Both the position numbers and the translations under genes were made by a program. From Sphyrna mokarran (lineage: Eukaryota), in contig JAGIQG010000013.1 of the NCBI GenBank assembly GCA_024679065.1, positions 19,220,001 through 19,284,000 on the forward strand: 64,000 nucleotides of DNA, read 5' to 3'. Positions 24,870-37,935 of this stretch are shown here, piece after piece; position 1 is the first letter of the stretch; each line of letters starts with the position of its first letter. The notes beneath the pieces are model-generated. The model had not been told where the DNA came from, made no database searches, and saw nothing but the letters and a program-made list of their open reading frames with translations.

Positions 24870-25815
24870 CCCCAAGTATAGTGTGTCAAAATTCACAGAT
24901 GACACTAAGATGAACAAAGGCAGAGCGCAGTGTGCAGAGGACACAAAGTCTGCAAAAAGAACATAGATAGTTTTAAGCCAGTGGGCAAGGGTCTGGCAGA
25001 TGGAGTACAATGTTAGGAAATGTGAGGTCATCCATTTTGGTAGGAACAACAGCAAAATGAACGATTATTTAAATGGTAAAAAATTGCAGCATGCTGCAAT
25101 GCAGAGGGACCTGGGTGTCCTTGTGCTGTAGTCTCAAGGAATTGGTTTGGAGTTACAGCAGGTAATTAAGAACGCAAATGGAATTTTGGTCTTCATTGCC
25201 CGAGGGATGAAGTTTAAAAACAAGGAGGTTATGTTGAAGCTGTATAAGGTGCTGGTGAGGCCACACCTGGAGTATTGAGTATAGTTTTGATTTCCTTACC
25301 TGAGAAAGGATATACTGGCACTGGAGGGGGTGCAGAGGAGACTCACAAGGTTGATTCTGGAGTTGAGAGGTTTGCTTATGAGGAGAGACTGAGTGGACTG
25401 TGACTATACTGATTGGAATTCAGAAGAATGAGGGGAGACCTTATAGGAACATACAAGATGATAAAGGGAATAGATAAGATAAAAGCAGGGAGGTTGTTTC
25501 CACTGGCAGGTAAAACTAGAATAGAGAGCATGACCTCAAAAGAAGGAGGAGCAAATTTGGGACTGAGTTGAAGAGGAATTTCTCCACCCAAAGTGTTGTC
25601 GATCTGTGGAACTCTGTGCCCAGTGAAGCAGATGAGGCTACCTGATTGAATGTTTTTAAAGCAAGCATAAATAAATTTTTGAACAATACAGGAATTAAGG
25701 GTGACTGGGCAGATAAATGGTGCTGAGTCCATGAAGTGATGAGCCATGATTTTATTGAATGGCGGAGCAGGCTCAAGAAACCAGATGGCCTACTCCTGCT
25801 CCTAGTTCTTATATT
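24870..25815 (+). mobile_element. 5'-truncated CR1 LINE, degenerate
   Basis: KFTDDTK, WQMEYN, RDLGVLV, LVRPHLEY remnants; tail GATGGCCTACTCCTGCTCCTAGTTCTTAT. Confidence 0.88.
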
Positions 25816-26134
25816 CTTCTGTTCTTTGAATTTGGTTCTCAATCCTTCTGTGAAATACATTATTCCAGCAGATGAGAGAGAGGCTGAAAAAGCAGTTTTG
25901 CCCTTGACCCTCTGGCAGCTGAATAGCTGGACAAAATAATGGAGCCAATTTTAAATTTGTCAATGGCAACAAATGAACGATAACTGTTCGACCACTTATG
26001 CAGAGTCCCATCTGATTTTCCTTCCTATCCGTTATCTCTAGCTATCTATCAAAACATTTCCTTCTTCATTTATGAATATTATCACCTCCAGCGTTCCTTT
26101 GGCCGCCTGAGTCTTGTTCCTCCTGAGTTGTTTA

Positions 26135-26418
26135 TTTAAGTTTATCTGCTTATTAGTCACAAGTAAGGCTTACATTAACGCTGCAGTGACGTTACTGTGA
26201 AAATCCCCGAGTCACTTGAGGTAGAATTTAGTGTGACCAATTCATCCAACCTGCACATCTTTGAAATGTGGGAGGAAACTGGAGCACCTGGAGAAAACCC
26301 ACGCAGACATGGGGAGAATGTGCAAACTCCACGCAGATTGTGACCCAAGCCAGAAATGGAACACAGGTCCCTGGTGCTGAGAGGCTGCAGTGCTAACCCC
26401 TGTGTCATTGTGCCGCCC
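26135..26418 (-). mobile_element. HE1-like SINE
   Basis: Head, core and tail inverted. Confidence 0.9.
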
Positions 26419-27044
26419 TCTGTAATAAAGCCTACATTGCTTCTAGCGTAAAATCTCATACTATCTCCCCAATAGAAGCTAGTTGTGCTTTATGACGGCT
26501 AAGTCCGAGAACTGACACTTTATTTAATCTTTCCTTCAAACTTTTAAGTTCAATATATGCATCAGTGTATTATCATTCTTATCTTCTTTAAATCTGTGAT
26601 GTATTCTGTGCTGCGCACCTTGCCTCTTTTGAAAATAGATTTCCTTTAAGAAAACATTTAAAACTGCAAAACCACATTCTTACGCCTCCTTCACCTGACA
26701 TCACCCCTACTTATCTCCTCTTGACCAAAGTTTTGGTTTTGGGGCCGTTTCTAATTTCCTATCCTTCTCATGTGGCTGTTATTAAATTTAGTTTGATAGC
26801 ATTCCTCTGAAGTGCCTTGCACCTAGTATATTAAAGGTTTTATTATATTAAAGGCAGTACCTCTGTATAATTGTTGTTATTCCCCCAAGAAGATTAGCAC
26901 GATTTGATATGGCATTGTAACATGCGACAAGTGTGAAAACATCCGTTTCTTTTCAAAATGGGGAAGCAAGAAATATAGCTAACAATATTTGGTCAAGGAG
27001 TTTTGCAAGAAAGAAAGCATACGACTGAAGGTTTTTTAAAATTC

Positions 27045-27405
27045 ATTTGTGAGACATGGCTATTATTTATTGCCCATCCGTAGTTGCTCTTGAACCTTGC
27101 AGCTTGCTAAGCCAATTCCAGGAACATTTGAAAGTCAACTACGTTGCTGTTGCTCTGGTGTCACATTGAGGCCAGTCTGGGAAAGGACAGCAGATTTCCT
27201 TCCCTAAAGGGCATTAGTGAACCAGATGGGCTTTTCCTGACAATTGACAACTGTCTTCAGTAGATTCTTAATTATAGATCTTTGCAATTGAATTCAAATT
27301 CACCATCTGTTGTTGTTGGGAATTGAACTCAGGTCCCCAGAACATTAGCTAACATTCTAGATTAATAGCCTAATGCAATCATACCACTAGGCCATCATCT
27401 CCCCT
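27045..27405 (-). mobile_element. tRNA-headed SINE (family of 29680-30050)
   Basis: Inverse of 29680-30050 (CAGATTTCCTTCCCTAAAG..TTAGTGAACCAGA). Confidence 0.75.
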
Positions 27406-29314
27406 GTTCCATTATTAGCCATCTGAATGCCTTCTGCTCCTTTGCCAACAGTAAGTTGGCTTTAAGTTAATAAAGCTGAGAAAATGATTCAACTTGCAAA
27501 AACCCTGCAAGGGTGATTAACAGAAGAGACCTATAACCCTATGTAATCGTGAATACCAACTCCCAAGAATGATGCGTCTCAGAAGTGTTACTTAGTTCGC
27601 AGAGAGGCTGGTGTGGGATCAGGAGTCTGGGAGATTGGGTTTCCCAATTGTGGAGTTTAAATGCAGACTTCCCCCCTGCAGACAGCTGTATGAAGAGGGT
27701 TTGGCAGATTCTCAAAGTCAAAGCTAACTACAGCATGTAGGTAGGAGAGTAAAAGAGATTGTGGTGAGGAGGGGTAGGGTGTGTGTGGGTCTGACAGCCT
27801 GGTGCCTGATCATGGGGACCGATCCAATGGTGGGACAGAGTGTGGAGGTTCCCATTGCTGAGAAGGTAGTGGCTGAGCAACCAGACCACACTGGGATGAG
27901 TGCGAATGTAGGAGTGTGAGAGAGTTCCCGTGTAGACTGGGAAGATTAGAAGATAGCCTGGGTGATTCCAATAGTGGTGGAATAAGTCAGACCCTGGGAG
28001 TGGTGTGGAATAGCAGAAGGAGGGAGATTGGCAGTCCACCAATTGAGATGGGGAAGAAATTGGTCATTTGGGAGTGGAAGTGTCAGAGAGTCCAATTATG
28101 TTCGGTGTGGGGGGAGGAGACAGATTGCAGTGTTTACTCATAGCTTATTCGGAAATATCTCTGCTCCTGCAGCACTAATAAAAGATCTGCCCTCATGAAT
28201 TTAGCACTTCACACCTTCACTGAGCTTTTTCTGAACTTAAGAAGCCTCGTGGCCTGTGGTTAAGCGTACAATGCCTCATTATAATATTTAAATAACCAAT
28301 CATTTTCCCCTGAGCAGATAGGTCACTTACCCCATCATATTGCCGTAGAAACTTAAAGCACTTCCGATTCTTTGAAAGAGTCGTTGTCCTCATTCCCACA
28401 CCCCGACTTTCTGCTGGTAACCCTATGAACTCCTCATTCTTAAAAATCTGTCCAACTCCCACTGAAAAATATTTACTGAGTCAGGTTGCAGAAGTCACCT
28501 TTGCAGGTCACGTGACTCCAATCCTGATGATTATATCCCAACTTTTCCAAGGACAAGCAGGAATTCATAGTATCCATGCAGCATGAAAATGGACCTTGTT
28601 CAAGGGATCCAAAACTTTGAAATCAGAGATTTAATTTTCAGACAGAGAATGTTGTGCATAGAGGCATATTCAAATATGTCACTTACTTTCTTGCGAAAAT
28701 ACAATGAAGAAAATGGCTGCGTGTTGGATTCACAAATTCGCAGCAACATCCTTGAGAGATTTTGATACATGTTAGAAGTGTAAAGGTTCATGCTCGTACG
28801 GTGACTGACGTTAGGGATTTCCACTACATGCAGTAATAAATCAATGGGCAACAATGGCTGATGTTGGCTATATCATATTGCACATTTGGTCTCAGTGGCA
28901 TTTGAAAAGATAACATTGGAGACTTTTCGATAAGTACATGGGATTTAATAAGACAGAGGGTTATAGGTAAGCTTAGTAGGTAGGGACATGTGAAGCACAA
29001 CCTGTGGGCCAAAGGGTCTGTTTGTGCTGTAGTTTTTCTGTGTTTCTATGATGATTAGCACAGTCTGAACATTGGGATTTTCAGTGTGGCTGGACAATCT
29101 GAGTGCTAATACATAGAAATACACAGCTAATGTGTAGGCAGCAGGACTTTAGCTCACTAGCAGTATAGCTCACTAGTAGTGCACTATGCTGCAAGTTATA
29201 GAGGTCCCGGGTTCAAATCTGGGTGCCCTCTCATTTTGAATTGCCACTGAAATGTTTTCTTGTCTTTTGTGACAAATATTATTTAGCATGTTGTAAACAG
29301 AACATATTCTATTG

Positions 29315-29615
29315 GGGGCAGCATGGTGGCACAGTGGTTAACACTGTTGCCTCACAGCACCAGGGATCCGGGTTCAATTCCAGTCTTGGTCTGTGTGGAG
29401 TTTGCACATTCATCCCACGTCTGTGTGGGTTTCCTCTAGTTTCCTCCCATACTACAAAAATGTGCAGGTTAGCTTGATCAGCCATATTAAATTGCCCCTA
29501 GTGTCAGTGGATTAGCAGGGTAAATATGTGGAGTTACGGGAATAGGGCCTAGGTGGGATTGTGGTCGACGCAGGCTTGATGGGCTGAGTGGCCGCCTCCT
29601 GCACTGTCGGGATTT
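29315..29615 (+). mobile_element. HE1-like SINE with CR1-derived tail
   Basis: GGGGGCAGCATGGTGGCACAGTGGTTAACACTG head; tail GCAGGCTTGATGGGCTGAGTGGCC. Confidence 0.9.
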
Positions 29616-29679
29616 ATGGAAAATAAGATCAGAAGCACGTGCTCAGAACTAAAAAAAGTAGTTCATCTTGAACAGGAAG

Positions 29680-30050
29680 TGATAGCCTAGTGGTACTATC
29701 ACTAGACTCTAAATCCAGAAACTTAGCTATTGTTCTGGGGACCTGGGTTCGCATGCTGCCATGGTAGCTGGTGGGATTGAATTCAATTTAGAAAAAAAAC
29801 TGGAATTAAGAATCTACTGATGACTGTGAAGCCATTATCGATTATCAGAAAAAACCCCGTCTGGTTCACTTTAGGGAAGGAAATCTACCATCTTTACCTG
29901 GTCTGGCCTACGTGTGACTCCAGATCCACAGCAATGTTGTTGACTCTCACTTGCCCTCTGAAGCGGCCCTAGCAAGACAGTCAGTTCAAGGGCAGCTCGG
30001 GACGGGCAATTAGTGCTGGCCTAGGCAGTGACGCGAATGAATGAAAAAGA
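29680..30050 (+). mobile_element. tRNA-headed SINE whose 3' end matches a LINE 3' end
   Basis: TAGCCTAGTGGTA..GGGTTCG head; 3' CAAGGGCA..GGGCAATT..TGCTGGCCTAG; other copies at 27045-27405(-), 34330-34640(-) and about 11960-12340(-). Confidence 0.75.
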
Positions 30051-31289
30051 TCTGGTATTTTGACTAGAGCAGGAGTGAGGAGTTTGTTATGCTGCTTACT
30101 TGTACATTCGGCTGCAGAATATCCCACGTATACTGAGAAAGGATGGGGGAGCATCGGACAGACCTGACACAATCTTATAGAATTAATCCTCATAAAGTCA
30201 AACTTTGCTTTAATGAAGCCAGCAGCAAGTTTTAGACGAACTGTGTAATTTAACTAGGAAAACAAAAAGAAATACACGGTTTTTAAGTAAAGTTTGTGTT
30301 CATAACTTTAGGAGGGCTCAAGGAAGAACTGACCCATGTTGCATCAACCTTGCTTCCTGTATAAGGTGTTCTACTGTGAACCATAACGCCACCACATCCT
30401 GCTTTGTGCTATCTGCTATTGTTCCACCTCAGGAAATTAAAAGATTACATTTTAAGTCCCCTACAAATGAGTGGGTTGAAATGAGTAGGTTTAAGGCGAC
30501 TGCTGTCACCTCTGGGTTCAGCAGGCATGTTTAGAACATGGTACTCCCCAGAGTCAGAGTTTTGACTTTTGCAGCGGGCAGGAGTTTGTTTACTTGTACA
30601 GTTGGTTACCCGAGGAGAGGTCAGTCAACTGTTTTAAATATGATTTGCCGTGCATGATATGGGTTTAGCTGGGTGTAGAAAACCATGCAGCAAATGGGTT
30701 TGCGCCAGTGTTCAGTTGAGCAATTAAACATTTCACCATCTGAACAGAAGGCTGCTTACTACAGTTGGTGTATCCATCTCCTCTGGCAGAGAGCGCGCGC
30801 GCGCAGTTACAGCTTTTCTCCAGCTTGGAGGCTTTCAAACTGATAGGATCAGGATGGAAGGTGGACTGGATGTGATTGTCAGCAGTGGAAGGACATCACG
30901 GTTGATGGCACTGGCAAGGTTCTGCACTGGGTGCACAGGACAGAGATGTAGAGGCTAGGGATGGACAGGGTAGAGATGCTTGGGAGAGAGGTGGATTTGA
31001 TTATACCTCTTTGCATCCTGCTTTATGTCGACTCCAAGCCTCCAATCCATACTCCATGTTTCTGCATCTCTGTCCTATTTATTCTGATGATGTAACTTTC
31101 CATACCAGCACATCTGAACCATCTTCAACCAAGGTTATTCCACCCCCTCCCACCCCCTCAAGCACTGCTGCTGCCACTGTGGTTGATAACAATCCGCTCA
31201 CACAACTAACTGTCTGTTTGTCAATGCTTTACCTCCTGGTAGCTTGACCATTCGCGTGTTCTCTTAAAGTGATGTCACAACACAGGCAG

Positions 31290-31860
31290 GATTGATAAGT
31301 GCAATGCTATTGATGTGATATAAATGGACTTCCAAAAGGCATTGGATAAAGTGCCACTTGTGAGCAAAGTTATAGTTCATGGAATGAAAGGGGCAGTAGC
31401 AGCATGAGTACATAGTTTTTTGAAAGATTGGAAACAAAGGATAGTGGTGAGTGGTTATTTTTCAGATTGAAGGAAGGTTTGTAGTGTAGTTCCCCTGGGA
31501 ATGGTGTTAAGATTGCTACTCTTCCTGATTTATATCCAGGATTTTGACCTTGCTGTACAGCACATAATTTCAAAACTTGTGGATGATCCAAAACTTGGAA
31601 ATACTGTGAACTATGAGGGAGATAGCGCAAAACTTCAAAAGGATGTAGACCGATTGGTGAAATGGATGGAGCAGTAGCAGATTAAATTTCATGCAGAGAA
31701 ATTTGAAGTGATTCATTCTGGTAGGAAGCATGCAGGGAGATAATATAAAATTAAATGTAAAGGGGTAGAGGAGCAGAGGACCTCCTTAGTTTTGTGTGTA
31801 ATTCAATGAGTGTGGCAGGGCAGGATGAGAACACAATGAATTAAACATACAGACCTTTAT
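31290..31860 (+). mobile_element. Degenerate CR1 RT fragment
   Basis: DVI.MDFQKALDKVP and SKLVDDPKLG remnants. Confidence 0.75.
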
Positions 31861-32089
31861 CAATTGTGGCATGGACCTGGATTTTTGTGGATTCATGTAA
31901 TCAGTCTCTTGGCACTTTTAAAAATGGTGGGTGGATCTCAAATCTTGAAGACCCAACTGCATTTCAAACAGATTCCAATTTCCCCATTTGGAGAAAGGGG
32001 CAGCAACATGACTCACACCGGAGAAGTCTGGGCTGGGATTCTCCTAAAACAAAACTAAATATCCAACAGGCGGGAAAACGGGAGAACTT

Positions 32090-32355
32090 GCAGGTTTAAA
32101 GGAGATGTACAAGGCAGATATTTTACACAGAGAGTAGTCGGTGCCTGGAACTCATTGCCAGGGGAGCTAATGGAACTGGATACTGTTGTGACTATTAAGG
32201 GGCGTCTTGACAAGTACATGAATAGGATGGCAAAAGAGGGATATGATCCCCAGAAGGGTAGGGGGTTTTAGTTAAATTGGGCAGCATGATCGGTGCAGGC
32301 TCAGAGGGCTGAAGGTCCTGTTCCTGTGCTATAATTTTTCTTGTTCTCTTTGTTC
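32090..32355 (+). mobile_element. CR1 3' end
   Basis: FTQRVVGAWNSLP remnant and GGTGCAGGC..GGGCTGAAGG.CCTGTTCCTGTGCT tail. Confidence 0.8.
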
Positions 32356-32569
32356 AACCACTCCCAGTGGGATCGGGGGGAAAGGAGACGTTAGCAGAAT
32401 CCGAGAATATCGTCCCAAGTCTGTTAATCATATGGAGATGTCAATTCTACTCAGATTCACACAAATGCCACTGACCTGATGAAGGGGCAGTGCTCATGAT
32501 ATCAAATAAACCTGTTGGACTTTAACCTGGTGTTGTGAAACTTCTTACTTTCACTTGATTTTGTGCAAT

Positions 32570-33650
32570 CATGCTCTTCAAAGAGTGCAGGAAAGTTACA
32601 TCTTACTGTGTACAAAGGCAACCCTGCTGACTGACCATTAGCTTCTACCTGAAGCATGAAATATCCCTTCAGTGGAACAACATCCTCAGTATAAATTCAC
32701 AGAATTATTATTGAAGGTTTTCATGGTAAATAAAAAGCTTCAGGTTTATGCATCTTCTGGGAGAAGCGATACAGCAGCTCCCATAACTACTTCCATCTTT
32801 ACTTCTTGTCCGTCTAACTTTGGATAAACCAAAACTTATGTGAATCCCCTTTCATGGATAGGACACCTAGTTTAACTGGGATTTTTCCTAGTCTGATATC
32901 ATCTTGGAAATTTTCACCTGCATCAGATATTTTGTAGATTCAAATTTTATGTTGTGATGTACTTTTGTATTTGCACATCTTCAGGGTTTGAGAAGTCTAT
33001 TGTGTCCAACACACCATAGTTATGCAGCCTTTCTTGACACAGCTTCAAAATTTATTTTCTTTACTCCAACATTCATGTGAAAAATGCCCTATCTGAGCAC
33101 ACCTATGACATGATTGAGTTTTAAGAGATTTCTTCTTGTTCATTCCCATCTTGTGTATTTTGACTCCAGCTCCAACTTGGGAAACTCCTTCCGCTGTCAA
33201 CTCTGTGATCTCTACACAAACTTTAGTGTTAAAGCACTTTAGGTGATTGCTTCATTTTGAAGTCCACGAACCAGTTTGTTTTGCAGAATGTCTTTGAAAG
33301 TTGATCCAAACTCATAGTTCTTCGCTAACCTTCTTAGCATTGCAACAAATTGCAATGTATTTTTGCCCTTTTCTTGGCTTTGGTAACGAAATCAGAATTT
33401 CTCAGCAATTATCAGTGGTTTAGGAGAGAAATTAACTTTCAAGAATCCTTGTAGGTTTCTTTACTTGGCTTCTCAGGGCGGACAAGACTCTGTAACAATG
33501 TAAAGATTTCACACCCTATTACGTATTGGAAAGTGACTACTTTATGTTTATCTGGTATTTTGTTCATGGGCAGATACATTGAAATCTCTTTTTGTAAGTG
33601 TCCAATACTTCCACGTTTCCTTTCAATGCGTCATCTTTGCCATTACCAGT
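32570..33650 (-). mobile_element. Ty3/Gypsy LTR-retrotransposon gag-protease remnant
   Basis: Manual minus-strand translation: LLQSLVRPEKP, FSPKPLIIAEKF, QFVAMLRRLAKNYEFG..ILQNKLVRGLQNEAI; zinc knuckle CHRCAQIGHFSHEC (CX2CX4HX4C, about 33069-33110); degenerate protease MEVVMGAAVSLL (about 32760-32795); stops and frameshifts. Confidence 0.85.
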
Positions 33651-33820
33651 TATTAAATCCGGGTTACTTTCTTTAACTTTTCCTTTTCCTTTAACTTTAA
33701 TGTACTCTTATTTTGCAGGCTTTGCATCCTTCAGCTCTTCTTTTTGTAACAGTTGATAGTTAAATGTGACTGTTATTTTGTAGACTTTGCAAATCTTACC
33801 TGTTTATATTAATTGGACAT

Positions 33821-34262
33821 TGTTACACAGATGGTAGTTTACGATACCGGCTTTTAACAGCTGCTGATAGCAGATCACGATACTGGCTTTGAACAGGAAT
33901 AGTCCTGCTGCAACAGCCACGATTGCACAAGAATTTCTAGGATAAGATCTGGTACTGCTGCAGAAGAGGTTTTAAATCATGACTACATTAAACCTGTGTC
34001 CTGACTGCAGAACTGTGATTCCTGATTAACTCTGGGCCTGCATCACGACACAGGAAGGAAGACCCGAACTTCTGGCTGGAATTGAGGATTTGCATCACGA
34101 GCAACACTAAAACCCATAATGTATAAATGCCCACTTTTGTTTGTGTTCGAGGAGAAGTCAGGTGAGCTTTAATTGGAACCAGGTTTCTCCCAAAGCTTTG
34201 GAATAAAAACCACTGTATTTTGACTGATTAACAGTCTTCGAGGTATTACTTTACCTACAACA
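33821..34262 (+). mobile_element. Solo LTR-like unit
   Basis: TGT...ACA ends, internal direct repeats (ACGATAC.GGCTTT.AACAG twice), TATAAA 34122-34127, AATAAA 34202-34207; target-site duplication not clearly resolved. Confidence 0.55.
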
Positions 34263-34929
34263 AAGCAATTGTTCTTTTTCCAGAGTCCTCACAGATTTTC
34301 TTGCAGTATTGAATTTTTCAATCTTTTTTTCATTCATTCATGGCCAATGAACGTCAATGTAGGTCAGCATTTATTGCCCATCCCTAGTTGCCCTTGGAGG
34401 GTAGTTGACAGTCAACAACATTGCTGTGGATCTGGAGTCACATATAGGCCAGATCAGGTCAGGATGGCAGATTTCCTTCCCTAAAGCACTTTAGTGAAAC
34501 AGGCAATAGTTTCTTTATTCCAGATATTTTTTGTTGAATTTAAATTCTGTCATGATGGGATTCAAACCCGCATTCTCACAACGTTAGCTGAGTTTCTGGA
34601 TTAATAATCTAGCACTAATATCACTTGGTCTCCCTGGAGTCAAGAAGCTGATTTTTTTTTCCATTTTGACTGTTGTGGTTGAGTTTGTTCTGCAATGACA
34701 CAGATAGGGAGAGTGTAGGTGGGAATATTTAAGGTGGTGATGAAATGTGTTGGACATGGGGCTTGAGTGGGAGCTGGAACATGAGGAATATAGCAGCTCC
34801 TGGGGGAACATGCCGATTCTGCGAGGGAGGAAAAGGATCCTGGAGCCTGGTATTGGCAGAGGCCAATGTGGCTGAGTGAGAGAAAGAGTTGAGAATGCAA
34901 GGAGGTTCAGTGGGAGACTGAGGGTGGCT

Positions 34930-35620
34930 CACTTACACTGACTGAGTAAAGATGATCATTCACCTTCTTCTGACACGGCTGCTCCGCCCTCTTCTAGCGT
35001 GCACAGGCATTGATCAGGGCTGTCCGCAAGACCCATAGAACCACGACAATGCAGAACGAGGCCATTGAGTCTGCACCGACCACAATCCCACACAGGCCCT
35101 ATTCCCGAAACCTCACATATTTACCTGGCAATACCTTTAACATACACATCCCGGAACACAAGGAGGCAATTTAGCAATGACCAATCAACCTAACCTGCAT
35201 ATCTTTGGACTCTGGGAGGAAACCAAAGCACCCAAAGACACACAGACACGGAGAGAATGTGCAGACTCTGCATAGATAGTAACCCAAGCCGGGAATCGAA
35301 CCTATGTCCCTGGAGCTGTAGGGCAGGAGTGCTAACCCAATGTGTCACCCTGTCACTGCATCCCAGGTTGGGGTGGTGACTTTACTGGAATACCGTCTCC
35401 TGGAAAAGGCTGTCTGAAGGAGTGGGGGCAGAGAATATCCCATTTCTACTGCATCCTGCTGAGGGCCCCCCTCTGAAAAGCGTGCTGCTGCCTTCCTGCC
35501 TGCCATCTCCTCCAGATTTTGTGAAACAAGAGCTGGGGAGCTGTTTTTATGAAATCCCCCCTCAACAAACCCCACCCTCTGTGTTGCTTTTATCAATTAA
35601 GCTGTTATGAAGCAGACAAA
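34930..35620 (-). mobile_element. PIF/Harbinger Myb/SANT-like remnant split by a SINE (35035-35350)
   Basis: MAGRKAAARFSEG...SKVTTPTWDAV, then after the SINE ..KRAEQPCQKKVND. Confidence 0.6.
35035..35350 (-). mobile_element. HE1-like SINE
   Basis: Inverted head and core; CR1-like tail GAGTCTGCACCGACC. Confidence 0.85.
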
Positions 35621-37249
35621 TCAGAGGCAATGCACTGTTGGGGCACCCTAAAACTCCTGGGCATAAAAATAATCACTAATGAAGCAGAAGATATGGCCCC
35701 AAAACACACCAAAACCAACACTGCCATTTTTTGGTGAGATTTTCCACGTCAACTTTGTTTCTCTCGCCACAGACACTGCCTGACCTGTTGAGTAGTTCCA
35801 ATATTCTCTGCTTCTAATCCCAGACTTGGAGGATTGACTGACAATATGGATCCCTCAAGCTTAGCTCAGGATTCCCTTGAGGAACACCTCACAGGAATGC
35901 TCCAATCAGAGTCACATGATGGCCAGTTCTCTTTTTTGCAAAAATATACTTTATTCATAAAATATTTGAAAAAAATTACAAACATTTCAAAATGGTCATC
36001 ACACAAAGCACAATAATATCCGGATTCTCTACACACACTCCGAGGTCCTTCAATGCAGTCGAGAAATATTACCGACATTCCAAAATGGTCATTACAAATT
36101 GTATTTAAGTTGTCTAATGAGTCATATGACCACCAATTATATAAGAGAGCAAGTTCTTGGAATGTTAAAGATGTGCTGTGACAGGGTCTAGAATTAAGGG
36201 CGCTTCAAAACTCACTAGTGAAGGTATCCAAAATAATAGAGGTTTGTTACAATCTGCAGAAGTGAGGAGAAGGTCTAGTATCATTTCCCCTCATGTTGGA
36301 TCTTTCATTATCTGTGATGGATTTGAATGAATCCTGTATTATGTGCTCCTGCTCATGTCTGCAAGAATTGTTCATTACTGCAATAGAAAGATAGCCATTT
36401 CCTGTTTTTATTGCAACTTGTCTTCCTCAGCCCGCTCCCCTCTCTCCTCCGCCCTTACCCTCAACAAGAATGAAGGGCCGTCAAAAGTCGCAAAAGTTGA
36501 GACTATTTATTTAGCTGCCTCAGTTACTTATCTCCATCTGGACTAAACACCTCAAATGTTTTCACTTCTCTTGCTCCGAACTAGTACATTCTCTACTTCC
36601 CCTTCTGCCCTCTCTGAACTCATCTTGAGAATGAGATCCACCTTCCCTCCTTGCCTTTCATTTTGCTGATATGGTTAAAGCTTCTCTCTCTTTAGTACTG
36701 CCCACCTCTTCTTCAAACCTGCCATTATCACCCCCTCATCAATAAAAAAAACTGTTCCCATTCCTCTTCCCAAATTTGTGTCCGGGTTTCCTGGAACAGT
36801 ATTGAAACCCTCCAATCCCATTTCCAAATCTGCCAAAACTTGTTGGGGGTGGTCTTCCCATCCTGCTGTGCAGTTGGTGATCCACGCTGGATGTACGAGC
36901 CTCCTTGCGCCTCCCAGCGTTGGATTTCCAGCATCGTCAGCTCCACACTGGAAATCGGTGTGGAGCTGCCTAATGAATACAGCCTCCCATTATCATCTGT
37001 TCCAGTATATCATCTGGAAATCTCCAGGTCCACTAGCCTCTCTTTCTGTTGGGAGTGTTTCACTCCAGTGGAGTTTACTATAGCTCCCTTCTTGTGGGAA
37101 ATTGGCAGCCCAACCCCACTGATAATAGCAAACAGCACTTACCTTTCTCATAATTTTCTGTCCATTAAATGTAATTCACTCAATTCAATTTAAGCTTAAA
37201 GTTTGGAATGTTATGCATTGTATTTTCCCCAAATACGTTCCAAGGGGAT

Positions 37250-37500
37250 GGCACCGTGGCACACAGTGCCAGGAACTTGCATTCGATTCCTAGCTTGGGT
37301 CACTGCTACACGTTCTCCTCGTGTCTGTGAGGGTTTTCTCTGGGCACCCCAGTTTCCTCCAAAGTCCAAAGATGTGAGTTAGGTGCATTGGCCATGCTAA
37401 ATTCTCCCTCAGGGGCACCAGAGTGTGGTGATTGGGGGAATTTTGCAGTAGCTTCACTGTAGTGCTAATGCAAGTCTAGCTGTGACTAATAAGTAAATAA
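37250..37500 (+). mobile_element. HE1-like SINE
   Basis: Core and GACTAATAA tail. Confidence 0.8.
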
Positions 37501-37935
37501 AATTAAAGTACAGGGTAGGGAGCACAAGTTGAAAAATTAGCCTAATAACTAAGTAACCAATTACAAATGTTTTTATTTAAAAGTTAGAACAAAAGTTTGT
37601 GATGTTTCTGTTAATGGAAGTACATATTAACAGTTGTTTTCTTCAAAAGTTTTTTTTTAAATGGTGAGATATAAATCATTTGATAACAGGCTGTGCATGC
37701 TGTTTAAGGAGTTTGTGTTCAGAATGTTATGTGGCTTTTTCACATGTTCACACCTTCCTCTAATGAACCAATCTTGGAGCATCATTACCACTGCAACTGG
37801 AGAAGCAGCTAGTGCTGAAAGCTATCCTTTTCTGGCTGAAGATTAGCTGGAGATACCGTGGAGTAAAATACAGCTATTTGGCTGAAGCGTGCTTTGCTCT
37901 CTCACTCTCGAGCAAAACAAGACAAAGGACTCTTT

